In this document: positions 9,881 through 21,346 of the stretch, piece after piece
Layout of the letters: each line of letters opens with the position of its first letter
Numbering within the stretch: the stretch's first letter is position 1
Assembly: GCA_963754315.1 (NCBI GenBank)
Contig: CAVWFS010000016.1
Location: forward strand, 96,001 to 160,000
Source: an uncultured Candidatus Rokubacteria bacterium
GTDB taxonomy: Bacteria; Methylomirabilota; Methylomirabilia; Rokubacteriales; CSP1-6
DNA: 64,000 nt
Direction: 5' to 3'
Notes under the pieces: generated by a model
What the model saw: only the letters and a program-made list of their open reading frames with translations
Told to the model about the DNA's origin: nothing
Databases searched by the model: none
Program-made: the position numbers and the translations under genes

Positions 9881-10492
9881 TCAGCCGCGGTAGGTTGCCG
9901 ACGGCCGCTTCATCTCGAAGATCTGGTGGATGTGGCTGTAGAGGTTTCCGGTAAGGCGGCCGACCGGACGCAAACGATGCATGTCGAGGCGGCCGGTGGC
10001 CACGTCGTAGATGTCGTCGCGCACGTGCCACTGCACGATCTCTCCGAGGACCAGGTGCGCGGGGCCGACGGGGAGGATGCGGTCCACCGTGCACTCCATG
10101 CTGATGGGGGCCTCCTGTACGCGGGGTGCTTTCACCTTGACGCCGGGGGCCGCCGTCAGCCCCGCCAGGGCAAATTCGTCAACGTCAGGCGCATACTCAC
10201 CGGAGGTGAGGTTCATCTGCTCCGCGCGCTCGTCGTCGACAATGTTCACGACGAACTCACGGGCCAGCTCGACGTTGCGCAAGGTGTCCTTCTTGCCGCC
10301 CTCTCGCGGCGAGCAGGAGAAGGCGATGGTCGGCGGCTCGGCGGTGATAGCCATGAAGTAGCTGAACGGGGCCAGGTTGGCGACCCCGGCCGCGTCGAGG
10401 CTCGATACCCAGGCGATGGGCCGGGGCACGACGGAGCTGATCAAGAGCTTGTAGACCGCAGTCGAGTCGAGTGTCTGCGGGTCGATCTGCAC
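9881..10492 (-). CDS. Flavin reductase family protein
   Basis: VVPRPIAWVSS, NLAPFSYF, KDTLRN and EAPISMEC. Confidence 0.92.
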   Translation of the reverse strand: MQIDPQTLDSTAVYKLLISSVVPRPIAWVSSLDAAGVANLAPFSYFMAITAEPPTIAFSCSPREGGKKDTLRNVELAREFVVNIVDDERAEQMNLTSGEYAPDVDEFALAGLTAAPGVKVKAPRVQEAPISMECTVDRILPVGPAHLVLGEIVQWHVRDDIYDVATGRLDMHRLRPVGRLTGNLYSHIHQIFEMKRPSATYRG

Positions 10493-10523
10493 GCAGCCCT
10501 CCTTCTGCCCCTCGGGCAGCCGC

Positions 10524-11822
10524 CTACTTCTTCTCGAACATTCGCTTGATTTCGGTCTCGGCCCAGAGGATCGATTCCTTCGGCTTGGCCTGGTTAGTCA
10601 CGACCTTCGCGAACATGTTGGGGATGATGTAGCTGTTGGTCACGAGCTGGATCTTCTCGTCGGGCGGCGCCGGCCAGCCGTAGAGGTGCGAGAACTGGGC
10701 CAGGGTCTTGAGCGGCTTGTACTTGGGGTCCAGGTCCCACACCGGATGGGATTCCATGTCCCGCCACATCGGGTGGTTGTAGTTGTCGCCGGACATGATC
10801 CACTCGTGGTACTGCGCTGGCTCGAAGAACCAGCGCAGGAACTCCTTGGCCAGCTCCGTGTTCTTGCTGTACTTGGTAATGCCCAGGCTCCGGGGCACGC
10901 CGACCGTATGGCGCCCGCCCGGGCCCGCCGGCGAGGGGTGGAAGCCCGTGACCTGGGCGATCGGCATCTGCTTTTCCTTGGCGACCACGTAATGGCTGAT
11001 CGGGTTGTGAATCCACGAGCCCTTGCCCGAGTTCAGCCACTGGTTGTTGGCGGCGTTGTCCCAGGAGAGCACGGCCGGATCCATGGCGTCCGTGTAGAGG
11101 GCCCGGACATAGTCGACGGCCGCCTCGGTCTCGCGGGAGTTGATGGCGACGGTCTTGCCGTCCGGGGCCACGTCCTTTGCCCCGAAGGACCAGAGGATCG
11201 AGTAGAGCGTACTCACCGAGTCGGTGGTCTGGCTGATGGCAAATCCGACCGGATGACCGAGGGCCTTCAGCTTTCGGCCGGCGCGGAGCAGATCCTCCCA
11301 GGTGTCCGGTGCGCGCTCGCCGACCTTCTCGAACAGGTCGATCCGGTGGCTCCCGGGGAACGAGATGTAGAGGTAGGGAACCCCGAGCCATTGCCCGCGC
11401 ACGAGGGCGTGGTCCCTGGCGAACGGGTACCAGTCGCCGTGCTTCTTGGCGAGGTCGTTACAAATATCCGAGACGTCGACGAGGGCGGGCTGGAAGAGCC
11501 AGGGATAGTGCATCTCGAGGCTCACGATGTCGTGGCCGGACTGCGACATCAGCTCGGCCGAGAGCTTGCCCACCATCTGCACGCTCTGGACGTGATCGAT
11601 GCGCACGTTCGCGTTGGCTTGCTTGGCGAACCGCTTGCCCAGCTCGGTAAGCTTGGCGTCCGACGTCGGCGCGTAGTTCACCGCGGTGAGGAGCGTCAGC
11701 TCGCGCGCGGCGCCGCGCGCGGGGGCGGGTCCGCCGGCGAGCAGGGCGGCGCCGGCCAGCGCGCGGCCGCTCGTGCGAAGGAACGCGCGACGACCGACTC
11801 CAAGTCGACTATTCCGGGTCAT
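10524..11822 (-). CDS. Tat-exported extracellular solute-binding protein (family 1)
   Basis: Twin-arginine GRRAFL signal; PDTWEDL and WDNAANN motifs. Confidence 0.85.
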   Translation of the reverse strand: MTRNSRLGVGRRAFLRTSGRALAGAALLAGGPAPARGAARELTLLTAVNYAPTSDAKLTELGKRFAKQANANVRIDHVQSVQMVGKLSAELMSQSGHDIVSLEMHYPWLFQPALVDVSDICNDLAKKHGDWYPFARDHALVRGQWLGVPYLYISFPGSHRIDLFEKVGERAPDTWEDLLRAGRKLKALGHPVGFAISQTTDSVSTLYSILWSFGAKDVAPDGKTVAINSRETEAAVDYVRALYTDAMDPAVLSWDNAANNQWLNSGKGSWIHNPISHYVVAKEKQMPIAQVTGFHPSPAGPGGRHTVGVPRSLGITKYSKNTELAKEFLRWFFEPAQYHEWIMSGDNYNHPMWRDMESHPVWDLDPKYKPLKTLAQFSHLYGWPAPPDEKIQLVTNSYIIPNMFAKVVTNQAKPKESILWAETEIKRMFEKK

Positions 11823-11832
11823 GACGAACCTC

Positions 11833-12963
11833 CTAGAGCGAAGCAGTGGTGGGGATGACCTTCGCGCCCAGCAGTTCGATCGAGCGCATCGTGGTCGGGT
11901 GGTCCATCCGAGACTCCTGGGCCTCCAGGAGCAAGTGGCCGATGCCCAGTTCCCGCTGGACGAGGGCGAAGCGATCGGCCACCTCGTCGGGCGTGCCGGC
12001 GATGATGAAGTGTCCCTCCCGCAGTTCATCGTAGCTCATGGTGGCCAGCGAGCGCGGGCGAGCCTTCAGCGCGAACTGCTGGCCGGCCCGTGAGCGCATG
12101 CCAACGGGCGAGAACCACTCGGCGGGGGCGCGCAGGGTCGGGCCCATGCGCCAGACGAAGTGACGGCCGGCCTCCACCGCCTTAGCCCTGGTGTCGGCGG
12201 TAACGGCACAGATCAAGAAGCCGAGGTTGTCGGGCGTGACCGTTCTCCCAGTCTCGGCGGCGCCCTGACGGTAGTAGTCGAACAGCTCGCGGGCGATGTC
12301 GAACGGCACCAGGAACGGGACGTACGTGTAGCCGCGACGGCCGGCCCATAACGCGGTCTCGGGGCTTGCCGTGCCTGGGACCCAGATCGGCGGGTGGGGT
12401 TTCTGAAGCGGTAGGCACCAGGGATTGACGTGACGGAAATGGTAGTGACGTCCCTCCCAGCGAAACGGACCGGGGGTCGTCCAGCATTTCAGGATCAGGT
12501 CGTGACATTCCTCGAAGCGCTCGCGGTTGTGCACTGGATTGGCGTTGGCCCACCACGTCTCCACTCCGACCCCGCGCACGAAGCCGGAGAGCACGCGACC
12601 GTTCGAGATGAGGTCGGCCATGGCCAGCTCCTCGGCCATCCGTACGGGATTGTCCTCGATGGGCAGGATGTTGCCGAGGATGAGCAGCTTGGCCTGCTTG
12701 GTGGTACGAGCGAGGACGGCCGCCGTCATGTTAGCGCCCACGTTGACGCAGGATGGCGTCGAGTGGTGCTCGTTGATCATGAGCCCGTGGAAGCCGACCT
12801 GATCGGCCAGCTCGTACTCGGTCAGGTAGCGCTGGTAGTTCGCCGCCGCCTTCTCGGGGCTGAAGAACCGATTCGGGAAGGCCAGGCGCAGGGAGGGGTA
12901 TTTCTCACCCTCGGCATCGGGGAACTCGTGGTGCGGCATCTCGCTGAAGTAGTAGAGGTTCAT
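11833..12963 (-). CDS. LLM-class flavin-dependent oxidoreductase/monooxygenase
   Basis: NEHH, PVRMAEELAMAD.ISNGR..SGFVRG and PLQKPHPPIW. Confidence 0.92.
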   Translation of the reverse strand: MNLYYFSEMPHHEFPDAEGEKYPSLRLAFPNRFFSPEKAAANYQRYLTEYELADQVGFHGLMINEHHSTPSCVNVGANMTAAVLARTTKQAKLLILGNILPIEDNPVRMAEELAMADLISNGRVLSGFVRGVGVETWWANANPVHNRERFEECHDLILKCWTTPGPFRWEGRHYHFRHVNPWCLPLQKPHPPIWVPGTASPETALWAGRRGYTYVPFLVPFDIARELFDYYRQGAAETGRTVTPDNLGFLICAVTADTRAKAVEAGRHFVWRMGPTLRAPAEWFSPVGMRSRAGQQFALKARPRSLATMSYDELREGHFIIAGTPDEVADRFALVQRELGIGHLLLEAQESRMDHPTTMRSIELLGAKVIPTTASL

Positions 12964-13754
12964 CGGCCGACGGAGCCTCCCAGGAAGTCGAGAACAAGGC
13001 GAGCGAAGACCTCAGGTTGCTCGAGCGGGGGTGAATGGCCGCAACTCTCGAGGATGGTGAGCGCGGCGTTCGGCAGCAGTCGCCGGTACTGCTCGCCGCA
13101 CTCGAGCGGCACGATGCGGTCCTGGCGACCCCACACGATCAGGGTCGGGTTGGTCACCCGCCCGAGGAATCGCCCGAGCCGAGGATTGTACATGTACGGT
13201 TTCCAGGTGAGCCGCGCGGCCATCTCCCGGTTGCGCTCGGCCATGTCGAGCTCCGCCGGTGTGGGTGGCCGCCCGAACAGCTCGTCCCACTCGGGCACCG
13301 TGGTCGGGTCGTGCACGGTCAAGGTGCGCATCTGAGCCGGCGAGTGATAGAAAATGTCCAGGATCTCGCCCGTCTCCGGCTTGAGACCGACCGGCGCCAC
13401 GAGCACCAGACGCTCGATCGAGCCTGGGCTCATGGACGCCATCTCGGCGGCAGTCCAGCCGCCCATCGACTGACCGAGCAGGTGGGGGCGGCCGAGCCCG
13501 GCCGCATCGATGAACCAGAGATAGAAGCGGGCAAGATCGTCGATACCCTCCATCCACTCCGCATCACCCGACCGCCCGAAGCCAGGATGGGTTGGCGCCC
13601 ATACCGTGAATCGGTCGGCTACCTGCCCGAGCCAGCGCGTCCACCCGCGGTTGCCGCCAGCCCCGTGCAGCACGAGCAACGGCGGCCCTTGCCCACCCAC
13701 CCACGCGTGCACATCGATCCCACCGACCGCGATCGTCGTCTCCCGAGCCTGCAT
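12960..13754 (-). CDS. Alpha/beta hydrolase
   Basis: LHGAGG, GQSMGG nucleophile Ser, WGRQD and CGH; 4-nt overlap with the LLM start. Confidence 0.9.
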   Translation of the reverse strand: MQARETTIAVGGIDVHAWVGGQGPPLLVLHGAGGNRGWTRWLGQVADRFTVWAPTHPGFGRSGDAEWMEGIDDLARFYLWFIDAAGLGRPHLLGQSMGGWTAAEMASMSPGSIERLVLVAPVGLKPETGEILDIFYHSPAQMRTLTVHDPTTVPEWDELFGRPPTPAELDMAERNREMAARLTWKPYMYNPRLGRFLGRVTNPTLIVWGRQDRIVPLECGEQYRRLLPNAALTILESCGHSPPLEQPEVFARLVLDFLGGSVGR

Positions 13755-13850
13755 GAACGCTCCTGTTGAGACAGAAAGGGCCATGCCTCGCCTGGACATG
13801 ACGTGAGGGGATTCTATCGCGGGCGGGGTCCAAAGGGCATGGCGTGCGGT

Positions 13851-14159
13851 CTAAGCCACGCGCTGGACGAACGACCGGTCCTCGACGAGGATGCAGCCCG
13901 ACGCTTCGGCGCGGCGCAGCGCCTCGATATTGTCTGGATCGGTCGCCAGTGTTTCGCGATACCGTTCATAGGCCGCGAGGCTGGCGAAATCGATGAGGGC
14001 CAGCCCAATGTTGGTAGGGCCGGCAAACTTCGTTGGCGCGTAGTACCCGACCACTTTCCCGCCACAACGCTCGATCGGCACCACCAAGCTCCGCGCGTAG
14101 GCCTCGAAATCCGCAAGCCGGGCCGCATCGAGCGTATAGCGAATGCAGAGGGTGATCAT
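13851..14159 (-). CDS. NIPSNAP family protein
   Basis: MITLCIRYTLD..FEAYA..GYYAP..FASLAAYERYR..EDRSF. Confidence 0.85.
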   Translation of the reverse strand: MITLCIRYTLDAARLADFEAYARSLVVPIERCGGKVVGYYAPTKFAGPTNIGLALIDFASLAAYERYRETLATDPDNIEALRRAEASGCILVEDRSFVQRVA

Positions 14160-14260
14160 GCTGTTCTCCCTGGCGCGCCCGCCGGCGCCGCTGTGTGGGT
14201 CGTCGAGAATCTCACGAGCGAGGGCGAGTATGGCGTCAGCTCACGTTGGTGTCCACACCT

Positions 14261-14286
14261 AACGCTTCGGTCCGGATCGAAGCGTT
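14261..14286. promoter_or_regulatory. Operator palindrome between divergent NIPSNAP and ArsR genes
   Basis: AACGCTTCGGTC-CG-GATCGAAGCGTT, 11/12 inverted match. Confidence 0.65.
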
Positions 14287-14327
14287 TTGACTTGCGGGCG
14301 GCGCCTCTCGGCTCTAGCGTCTGGGTG

Positions 14328-14405
14328 ATGGGTGACACGGACCTGCTCGCGGGGGTGGCCGCGCTGCTCGGCGAGCCCGCTCGGACGCGCATCCTCACGG
14401 TCCAC
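14328..14405 (+). pseudogene. Truncated ArsR/SmtB family regulator (N-terminus only)
   Basis: MGDTDLLAGVAALLGEPARTRIL matches an ArsR first helix; similarity ends where the convergent SUMF1 gene ends. Confidence 0.6.
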
Positions 14406-14407
14406 GC

Positions 14408-15374
<967 letters not shown>

Positions 15375-15408
15375 AACGCCCTCTGCGCCGCCAAGCAGCA
15401 TCGGCGCG

Positions 15409-15735
15409 TCATGCGCGTAGTGTCGGCTCGGAGGCGAGAAATCCCGAGGCGGTGATTGCGAGGGCGTGCATCATCGGGACTCCGAATGCGACGCCCGACG
15501 CGGGCGTGCCGAGCCAGAACGGCGAGGCTTTGCCGATACGCGTCAGGTACGCGCGGCGCTCGGCGCCGCGCTGCGGATACCAGCGCGACAGATAGTCGGC
15601 GTCGAGCATGTGCTGCCGTGTCTCCGTCCCGAAGAAGCCGGCCAGTTCCGGCAGGGCGATGAACCCCTCCTCGGACTCTGGGCGGAAGAGTTCCCAGCGG
15701 CGCGCATGCTCTTCCGAACGGAAGAGATTCGGCAT
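15409..15735 (-). CDS. Hypothetical protein resembling the C-terminal part of MerB-like proteins
   Basis: Strong RBS GGGAGG; begins MPNLFRSEEHARRW. Confidence 0.55.
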   Translation of the reverse strand: MPNLFRSEEHARRWELFRPESEEGFIALPELAGFFGTETRQHMLDADYLSRWYPQRGAERRAYLTRIGKASPFWLGTPASGVAFGVPMMHALAITASGFLASEPTLRA

Positions 15736-15778
15736 CGCTTACCTCCCTAGAAACCCCGCGGTGACCGTGCGCGGACCG

Positions 15779-15794
15779 TATTAATTGGTTAATA
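15779..15794. promoter_or_regulatory. AT-rich palindrome, probable repressor operator
   Basis: TATTAA-TTGG-TTAATA perfect 6-4-6 repeat about 45 bp upstream of the 15735 start. Confidence 0.55.
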
Positions 15795-15849
15795 AGGAAC
15801 CTTCATGATCTCCGGCCGCGCCGCCGCAATCTCGCGCCGGACATAGAAC

Positions 15850-17373
15850 TCAGGCGCCCACGGCAACTGCACGTAGTTGTTGACGATTTCCCGGTGCACG
15901 CAAGGCGCATATTCCGTCGAATCCCCATTTGCCGGAACCTAGCCGGTCGAGCCAGAACACCACCTTGGGCCGCCTCTCAACTACGTCCTTGCAGAGGTCG
16001 ATGTGGTAGCCCCAGAGCGGCATCTTCGCGAAGGTGGCCTGCGTCGGGGGGTAAAAGCAATTCCCCAACACGGGAGCCGGTCGGCATAGATGTAGACCCC
16101 GGGCACGAAAACGACGGCGAGGATGCGCTCGTTCGCCGGTACCAGCTCGCGGATCAGCCGGTATACGCGGTCCTCGCTCGGCTTCGGCGCCCCGCATGGT
16201 TCGCCAGTTCGTTCAAGGGATGCCGCGCGGGGACGAACGCCGAACTGATGGACGAGCACGAGTACGACCGCAAGGAGGCCGAGGCAGGCGCGCCCACCAC
16301 GGTCCGCGCCCGCGAGGATCGCGTCGCGCCGGATTCGCCGCCAAGAGAATCGCGCCCACCAGCGCGCCGATCCGAGCACGCCGGCGACAAAGTCGAGTCG
16401 GTAGCAGAGCTGACCGCGTGGATTGAAGAAAGCGACGCCTACGGCGAGCGCTGCCGCGCTCAGGCTCCACCGCAAACGCGCCGGGGTCGCGGCGCGGTGT
16501 CGCGTCAGGACGATGAGCGCGATGACGGCTGCGTAGAAGATCGCGACCGCGAAGATGTGTATCAGCGTCCTCGGCCCGAATTCAATCCCGGTCAGCCGAG
16601 AAAACGGCGACAGCCACGAGTACTTGATCGAATCCGCGACTACCGTCAGGTTGACCCAGTAGTGATAGACGAAATATCCAGTCCAATCCGAAAAAAGCGT
16701 GATCCAGAGTCCGAACACCAGCACCGCCGCCAGCGCGCCCGCGAGGAAGCCGCCGATCGCACGGCGGCGCGCTCCGGCATCGTCCGGCGCCATGGCGATG
16801 CCGGCGGCAGCGAGCAGCGCGGCGGAAACCGCAAACGAGAGTGCGGCGAAGACCGCGCAGGCCGCTGCGAATCCCGCCGCAACTGCTGCCCATCGCGGCG
16901 GCGTCACGCCGAAGATCGCCGGCACGGAGAAAAGCGCCAGTTCGACCGTCAGCAGTGCGCCAGCCATGCTCTGGTACATCACCATATGAAGGGTGGTCGC
17001 CGCATAGACGACCCCCAGCGGCACGAGGAACAGCATCAATGCGTAGAGCCGCGCGCGTGCCTGCGTCAGGACCGGGCTGGCATAAATTGCGGCGGCGCAC
17101 AGCGCGAACAGCGCCAGGGAGATCAGCCGGTACGACGCGAGGTCCTTGCTGCCGGTGAGCAGCAGCCAGAAGTGGCTGAGTGCGTATGCCAGCGGCCCGT
17201 GATTGGCGAAAATGTTCGTGTAAAGCCGGTCTCCGGCCGCGACCATGAGCGCCACGACGATGTGCTCCGATTCGTCGCCAAAGTTCGAGCACGGGCAAGG
17301 CCTGCACGGCCTGCGCCAGAAACCACGCCACGGCGCAGGCCGCAGCGACGGGCAAGAAGTAGCGCCCCTGCAT
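15850..17373 (-). CDS. Multi-pass membrane protein, GT-C/ArnT-like glycosyltransferase, frameshifted
   Basis: MQGRYFL TM segment, GDESEH acidic motif, IFANHGP and many TM helices; split over at least three frames. Confidence 0.55.
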
Positions 17374-17469
17374 TCCGTTCGCTTCTGCCGCCCCTAGCCT
17401 CGGCGGCGGCCGATGCGCCCGGCCTCCTCGACGCACTTGGCCGCGCTGAGACTGACTCCGTCTGCCACC

Positions 17470-18074
17470 GGTCATGGTCCCGGATCGAACTCGAGCCGTG
17501 GCAATGCCGCGGTCAGTATGGTGGGCTCGCGCGGCGCCGCCCACCGAGTGGCGACGTTGTGGCTTTGCCGAAAGGTCCAGCGGCGTGCATGCGCGTGGCC
17601 GGCCGCGTCAGTAAAGATCACTTCGCCGGGGCCGGTGACTCGACCACCCCGTGGAACCCCATGTGCTGCTCCTCGCCAGTGGCATGGCGGACCTCCAGAT
17701 ATTCGGCAATCTTGGACAGGTCGAACACGGCCACCGGCAGCGCGAAGGCGAGCGACACGGCATTATACAGGTCGACGAGGGGATGCAGGCTTGGCACGGC
17801 ACCCTCGCCCAGGAAGCGACGCAGGAGCGCCTCGGCCGCGGAGCGATACTGCGTTGGCTTGAGCCCATCCGGGCATAAGCTCGCCGCCACGCGGCCACCT
17901 CCGCCAGCTCCGACTCCGACCGGTCGCGCAAGCGTTCGCGGGCGCGTTCATGCCAGCCCGCGAGCAGGGCTTCTACCTCGACATCGGGCCTGATGCCCTC
18001 AACCACCAGCACGCCCGGCAACACTCCGGAAACTCCCGCCAGATCGCCGGCGAATTGGCGAAGTGCATCCTCAT
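17470..18074 (-). pseudogene. B3/B4 (PheRS editing-like) domain protein, frameshifted and apparently 3'-truncated
   Basis: WRRAYARMG/LKPTQYRSAAEALLRR..HPLVDLYNAVSLAFALPVAVFD..EVIFTD..HARRWTFRQS across frames. Confidence 0.7.
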
Positions 18075-18436
18075 CGCGACAGCCTACCTCAACCCGAGCA
18101 TTCGGGTAGCCTCTGCGTGCTCGACCCCGCGCGCAGCGCATCCGCCGGACCTTTGCTGGGTGCGCCGGCCCGCGGCCCTGTTGCCCCTGCTCCACGTGGT
18201 CGGCATGGAAATTGATGCGAGGGCTGCCGTGCAGAACAGCCTCTGGAAACCGAGGCCCTTCATGAACACATCGTTCCGGACTATGACCACGCTGCCCTGC
18301 GACATACGCGGGATCGGGCTGTCAGTGCAATGACGCTGTTCGGCGGCTGACGTTGCACCGAGCTGGCCCGCCAGTCAGCCCCCCTCAGCGCCGCATAGAC
18401 TGCAGGAAGTACCATGAGGAAAGGAGGCGCGCGAAC

Positions 18437-18748
18437 ATGAGGCGCACGGTCATCGCGAGCGTGGTCCTGATCGGGCTCGCTGGGTGCGGCGGAGGGACGG
18501 GAGTCGCATGTCTTGGGCAGCAGAAGATTTATGAGAACCAGACCGGTGCTGACGTGAAGGTGTGGGCGATCCTCAGGAACAACTGTGCGGTGCCCTACCG
18601 GGTCGGTGGCTCTGGTCTTGATTTGACGGTCCCACCGGGCGGCGATCGGGCCATCTCCATCAGCATTCCCGACAAGAGCTCTATCTTCGTGACGGGACCT
18701 GCGGCGCACGGTAGCTTCGAGTTCGAGATCAAGGAGATGACAAGGTAG
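18437..18748 (+). CDS. Hypothetical lipoprotein
   Basis: AAGGAGG RBS; MRRTVIASVVLIGLAGC lipobox. Confidence 0.7.
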   Translation: MRRTVIASVVLIGLAGCGGGTGVACLGQQKIYENQTGADVKVWAILRNNCAVPYRVGGSGLDLTVPPGGDRAISISIPDKSSIFVTGPAAHGSFEFEIKEMTR

Positions 18749-18769
18749 CGGCTGGCCCTCCTTCGTCCC

Positions 18770-19728
18770 ATGAAGCGCGATCCGGTGCGGGCCGCCCTGG
18801 ATCTCCTGGCCGAGGCCGCCCGCCGCCCGCAGGATCCGGCCACCCTCGCTCTCGTCCGCGACGCGCTCGCCCAGCGCAATAACCACGTCGTCGCCCGCGC
18901 GGCCCGGGCTGCCCGCGAGGCCGAGCTCGGCGCGCTGGCGCCGGACCTGATCACGGCGTTTCCGCGCTTCCTGGAGGATCCGATCCGGCGCGATCCTGGC
19001 TGCACCGCCAAGATCGAGATTGTCCACGCGCTGCTCTCGTTCACCTATTCCGCTCCCGACGTGTATCTGCGCGGGGCCTCTCACGTCCAGCGCGAGCCGG
19101 CCTTTGGCCCGCCGATCGATACGGCGGCTGAACTCCGGGCGACCAGCGCCATGGCTCTCGTGGTCACCGGGCATCCGGCCGCGCTCACCACCTGCGTCGA
19201 GCTGCTCGTCGATCCCGAGCCGACCGCCCGGGCTGGTGGCCTGCGTGCGCTTGCCGCCAGCGGCCGCCCCGATGTGGCCCTTCTCATGCGACTGTTCGCG
19301 CTCCGTGGCGACGCCGATCCGGGCGTGCTTGCCGAAGCGTTCTGGCGCTGCTGGCGCTCTCGGTCGAGGATGCCACGCCCTTCGTCGCCGAGCGGCTCGC
19401 GACCGGGGACGTGGACATTGCCCGTGCCGCCGCCATGGCCCTCGGTGAGGTCCGCCGGCCCGAGGCCGTGGCGGCATTGCGCGAACGCTTGGCGGCCGAG
19501 AATCGGCCCGACGTCCGGCACGCCATCATTCTTGCCCTCGCCACGTCGCGCGACGAGGCGGCGTTCGACGTGCTGCTGGAGCTCGTTGGGCGGGGCACGG
19601 CGACCGATTCGAAGGCCGCCGTCGCGGCGCTGGGAATCTACACGCACGACCAGGCGCTCCAGCACCGCGTGCAGGTCGCCCTCGACCAGCGCCGGCCCGG
19701 TTCCCGGCGCCAGCCACGGCGGCGCTGA
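18770..19728 (+). CDS. HEAT-repeat protein (frameshift near 19340)
   Basis: Helical repeats; the C-terminal frame continues with AAAMALGEVRRPEAVAAL..AIILALA. Confidence 0.7.
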
Positions 19729-19755
19729 CGTCCCTCACGCGCGGCGGGGGCGGCG

Positions 19756-20577
19756 CTACACCTGGCCGAAGAAGGCGAGGTACTCCGCGCGCAGGAAGCG
19801 CTCGAGCAGGAGCAGGAGCACGGCGCCGGGGGCCATCAACACCAGCGCCGTGACCGAGGCGATCTGCAGCTCGTAACCGACCGACGCGGTGTACATGTAA
19901 ACGGGCAAGGTCGTGACGAACGGCGCCCCCACCAGCAAGGTCCCCGTGAACTCGTCGAGCGAGTAGAGGAACACGAGGAGGGCACTGGCCACGAGGCCGG
20001 GCACGGCGAGCGGGAGGGCAATCCCGAGGAAGGCGCGCGTGGTGGAGGCGCCAAGGTTCCAGGCGGCTTCCTCCAGCTCGGGGGCGATGGCGCGGAACAC
20101 TGCCGTCATGGTCCACACGGCGAAGACGAGCCCGCCCACCAGGTGCACGAGGACGACTCCCGGCACGGTGCCGGCCAGGCCCCAGCGGTAGAACTCGCGC
20201 GTGGCGCTGGCAAACACGGGGAGCTGCGGGAAGGCCTGCGGGAGAAGGAACAGTAACAGCACCAGCGCCCGTCCCGGGAACACGAGGCGGGCCAGCGCGT
20301 AGCCAAGGGGCACGGCCAGAAGCAGCGCGAGCACGGTCACCGCGGTCGCGATCATGAGGCCGGTGCCGAGCGGCTCCAGGAAGTCGCCGCTTGCCATCCG
20401 CGCCCAGTACCGGAGTCCGAAGCGCTGAGGCCAGGGGCTGCCCGCCGTCCACCGCTCGGCCAGCGACCACACCACCAGGCTCGCCAGCGGTCCCGCGACC
20501 ACAAAGGCCGCCACGGCCAGGGCCGCCGCCCGCCCGATGAGCCGGCCGAGCCCGGTTGACGCGGGGGACCCAGCCAC
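19756..20577 (-). CDS. ABC permease (PotC-like)
   Basis: ELEEAAWNLGAS and FLYSLDEF. Confidence 0.88.
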   Translation of the reverse strand: MAGSPASTGLGRLIGRAAALAVAAFVVAGPLASLVVWSLAERWTAGSPWPQRFGLRYWARMASGDFLEPLGTGLMIATAVTVLALLLAVPLGYALARLVFPGRALVLLLFLLPQAFPQLPVFASATREFYRWGLAGTVPGVVLVHLVGGLVFAVWTMTAVFRAIAPELEEAAWNLGASTTRAFLGIALPLAVPGLVASALLVFLYSLDEFTGTLLVGAPFVTTLPVYMYTASVGYELQIASVTALVLMAPGAVLLLLLERFLRAEYLAFFGQV

Positions 20578-20578
20578 G

Positions 20579-21283
20579 TCAGGCTCCCGCCGACGTGAGC
20601 CGCCTGACATAGACAAGCGCCGCTCCCATCGCCAGCAGGTACGCGACGACCCCGAGGGCAGACGCGGTGGCAAAGTCGCCATGCTGACCGAAGCGATAGT
20701 ACACGTCGATCATCAACATCTGGGGGCCTCCGCCCCGGCCCATCATGAGCGGGATCGAGAACGACGCCAGCATCGAGGAAAAGATGAGGATCGCGCTCAC
20801 GATGAGCGAGGGCGCGGCCATCGGCACCAGCACGTCGCGCGTCACCCGCCCCGTCCCGGCCCCGAAGTTGCGGGCGGCCTCGAGGTAGCTCTCGTCGACG
20901 GAGCGAAAGGCACCCAGAAGGAGGAGCACGGCGAGGCCAAGATGCTTCCAGGCCAGCGCCACCGCAATGCCGCCCCATGACGACGAGAACCCCGGCAAGT
21001 AGGGACTCATGAAGACGCGCAGTGCGTGGCCGACCACGACGAACGGCACGAAGAGGGGCACTTTCAGGAGGAACTCGACCGGCCCGAAGGCGCGGGACCG
21101 GAGCCAGCCGCAGGCCGGGATCGCGACGGCGAAGGTGAGCGCAGTTCCCAGCGCCGCCACCCCGACCGTGTAGGCGACGTCGACGGCGTAGAGGCGGCGC
21201 ACGGTCTCGTAGTTAGCGAGCGTCAGTGCGCCGTCGCGGGTGAAGCTGGCGACGACGGAGGCTGCCAGCGGCCACAGGAACAC
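20579..21283 (-). CDS. ABC permease (PotB-like); true start probably slightly upstream
   Basis: SYLEAARNFGA EAA loop and TM helices. Confidence 0.85.
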   Translation of the reverse strand: MFLWPLAASVVASFTRDGALTLANYETVRRLYAVDVAYTVGVAALGTALTFAVAIPACGWLRSRAFGPVEFLLKVPLFVPFVVVGHALRVFMSPYLPGFSSSWGGIAVALAWKHLGLAVLLLLGAFRSVDESYLEAARNFGAGTGRVTRDVLVPMAAPSLIVSAILIFSSMLASFSIPLMMGRGGGPQMLMIDVYYRFGQHGDFATASALGVVAYLLAMGAALVYVRRLTSAGA

Positions 21284-21346
21284 GAAGCCGAGAACAGCCA
21301 GCGCCGGCGTCGACAGAGCGCGCCCACAGAACGCGCTCGACCGGTG

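Noticed and set aside
15894..17993. 699-aa plus-strand ORF
   Set aside because: Arg/Pro-rich shadow ORF antisense to recognisable minus-strand genes
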